Shown here: piece after piece, positions 63,421 to 64,000 of the stretch | Numbering within the stretch: the stretch's first letter is position 1 | Layout of the letters: each line of letters opens with the position of its first letter | NCBI GenBank assembly: GCA_026702755.1 | Contig: JAPPBX010000017.1 | Span: 13,743-77,742 of the forward strand | Length of the DNA: 64,000 nt | Source of the DNA: Candidatus Poribacteria bacterium | GTDB taxonomy: Bacteria; Poribacteria; WGA-4E; WGA-3G | Direction: 5' to 3' | The notes under the pieces: generated by a model | Database searches by the model: none | Told to the model about the DNA's origin: nothing | The model's input: the letters and a program-made list of their open reading frames with translations, nothing else | Program-made: the position numbers and the translations under genes

Positions 63421-64000
63421 ATGGAAGTTTACCGTTGGGAAGACCGGAAATTTGGGAAACTTGAACCTTTACGCTTTGGCGAGGAACGCGACTTCGAGGA
63501 TCTGCTTGAAAAGGATGCAACACTCGTCCTTGGTGAACCTCTCTGTGTTATCAGCAGGCAACCGCCCCTTAGCACATCAAAACAGAAAATTGACCTACTC
63601 GCACTTGATCGGCAGGGCAATTGTGTGATTATTGAGCTGAAACGGGGAAAACCTTCTCGGACAGCAATCACACAGATTTTAGAGTACGCCGCCGGAGTTT
63701 CTCAACTCGCTTTCATTGAATTGGAACAACTCGCGTATCGTTGGTGCCAACAGCAAGGTAAGGAGTTTTCCTCTCTGACGCTTCTCCACAGTGAGTTTTT
63801 TGGGTATGAACCTGGCGATATTCGGCAATCTGCGTTCAATCAACGCCAGCGGCTGGTGCTTGTTTCGGAGGGCGTGGATACGCGCGTCTTAGAGGTCGCC
63901 GAATATCTGCGAGCCTTAGGACTTGACCTCACCTATATCTCTTATTTTTCCTACCACGCCCCTGATGAAATCTTGGTCGCAACCGAAACCGTCTTGGGTG
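63421..64000 (+). CDS. NucS/DUF91-like PD-(D/E)XK nuclease-fold protein, 3'-truncated by the window edge
   Basis: AAGGAAAAG RBS then ATG. KIDLLALDRQGNCVIIELKRGKPSRTAITQILEYAAGV resembles the NucS/DUF91 catalytic core (D...E.K). Confidence 0.5.
   Translation, partial: MEVYRWEDRKFGKLEPLRFGEERDFEDLLEKDATLVLGEPLCVISRQPPLSTSKQKIDLLALDRQGNCVIIELKRGKPSRTAITQILEYAAGVSQLAFIELEQLAYRWCQQQGKEFSSLTLLHSEFFGYEPGDIRQSAFNQRQRLVLVSEGVDTRVLEVAEYLRALGLDLTYISYFSYHAPDEILVATETVLG

Noticed and set aside
1-64000. tRNA, rRNA, tmRNA, RNase P and SRP RNA genes
   Set aside because: I looked for T-loop consensus (GGTTCGAATCC-like) and RNase P / SRP conserved boxes and found no convincing instances. The absence is noted with the caveat that this was a by-eye search.

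Overview
This is a 64-kb bacterial chromosomal window of about 50% GC that is densely coding and uses Shine-Dalgarno sites. One large protein ends in a T9SS-type C-terminal domain and carries HAF repeats, which suggests an FCB-group or candidate-phylum organism. From the sequence alone I see four blocks.

(1) 1-13.6 kb holds a twice-repeated cell-envelope module. Each copy has a BNR/Asp-box propeller protein. At least one copy is fused in-frame to an N-terminal ECF sigma-70 domain and a transmembrane helix. Each copy also has a pair of ABC-2-like permeases with large extracytoplasmic domains and no ATPase gene. Secreted LamG/concanavalin-like proteins, four paralogs in the window, all end in the same short C-terminal tail.

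(2) 13.7-27.4 kb looks like a zinc-homeostasis island. It contains a WD40 protein overlapping a COG0523 metallochaperone GTPase, a DUF1636-like ferredoxin, a ZnuA-like binding protein, a MerC-like membrane protein, a TonB-dependent receptor, a His/Asp/Glu-rich lipoprotein and a 1078-aa surface protein. It is organised as two tandem minus-strand transcription units with the same unusual architecture: a perfect-consensus sigma-70 promoter, a small membrane-anchored His/Cys-rich protein gene, about 0.5 kb of conserved non-coding leader, a conserved stem-loop element that abuts the cargo start codon, and a conserved ~180-bp 3' element with a 13-bp hairpin.

(3) 27.4-46.5 kb carries housekeeping and accessory genes (moeA, amidohydrolase, alpha/beta hydrolase, MATE, accD, topA, ftsE/ftsX-like, PolX, AP-superfamily). 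It includes a two-domain rhodanese whose catalytic cysteine codon is an in-frame TGA (candidate selenoprotein), two more LamG paralogs flanking a degenerate AAA+ protein, and a compensatory-stem hairpin RNA-like motif present three times around the ftsE/ftsX-like genes.

(4) 46.5-64 kb encodes envelope and polysaccharide genes (NYN-domain protein, nucleotide-sugar dehydrogenase, gmhB, rfaE kinase, Wza/Wzc-like, BMP-type ABC permeases, DegT aminotransferase, GlpD-like oxidoreductase, partial NucS/DUF91-like nuclease).

Several short repeat families recur in intergenic spacers: CTGA-rich repeats, GTTATCAGTT inverted flanks, AGGACTTACGCA inverted-repeat elements and GGCGAGGTT hairpins. I found no rRNA, tRNA, CRISPR array, transposase or integrase. 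Coordinates I derived by counting within the printed lines may be off by +/-1 to 2 nt.
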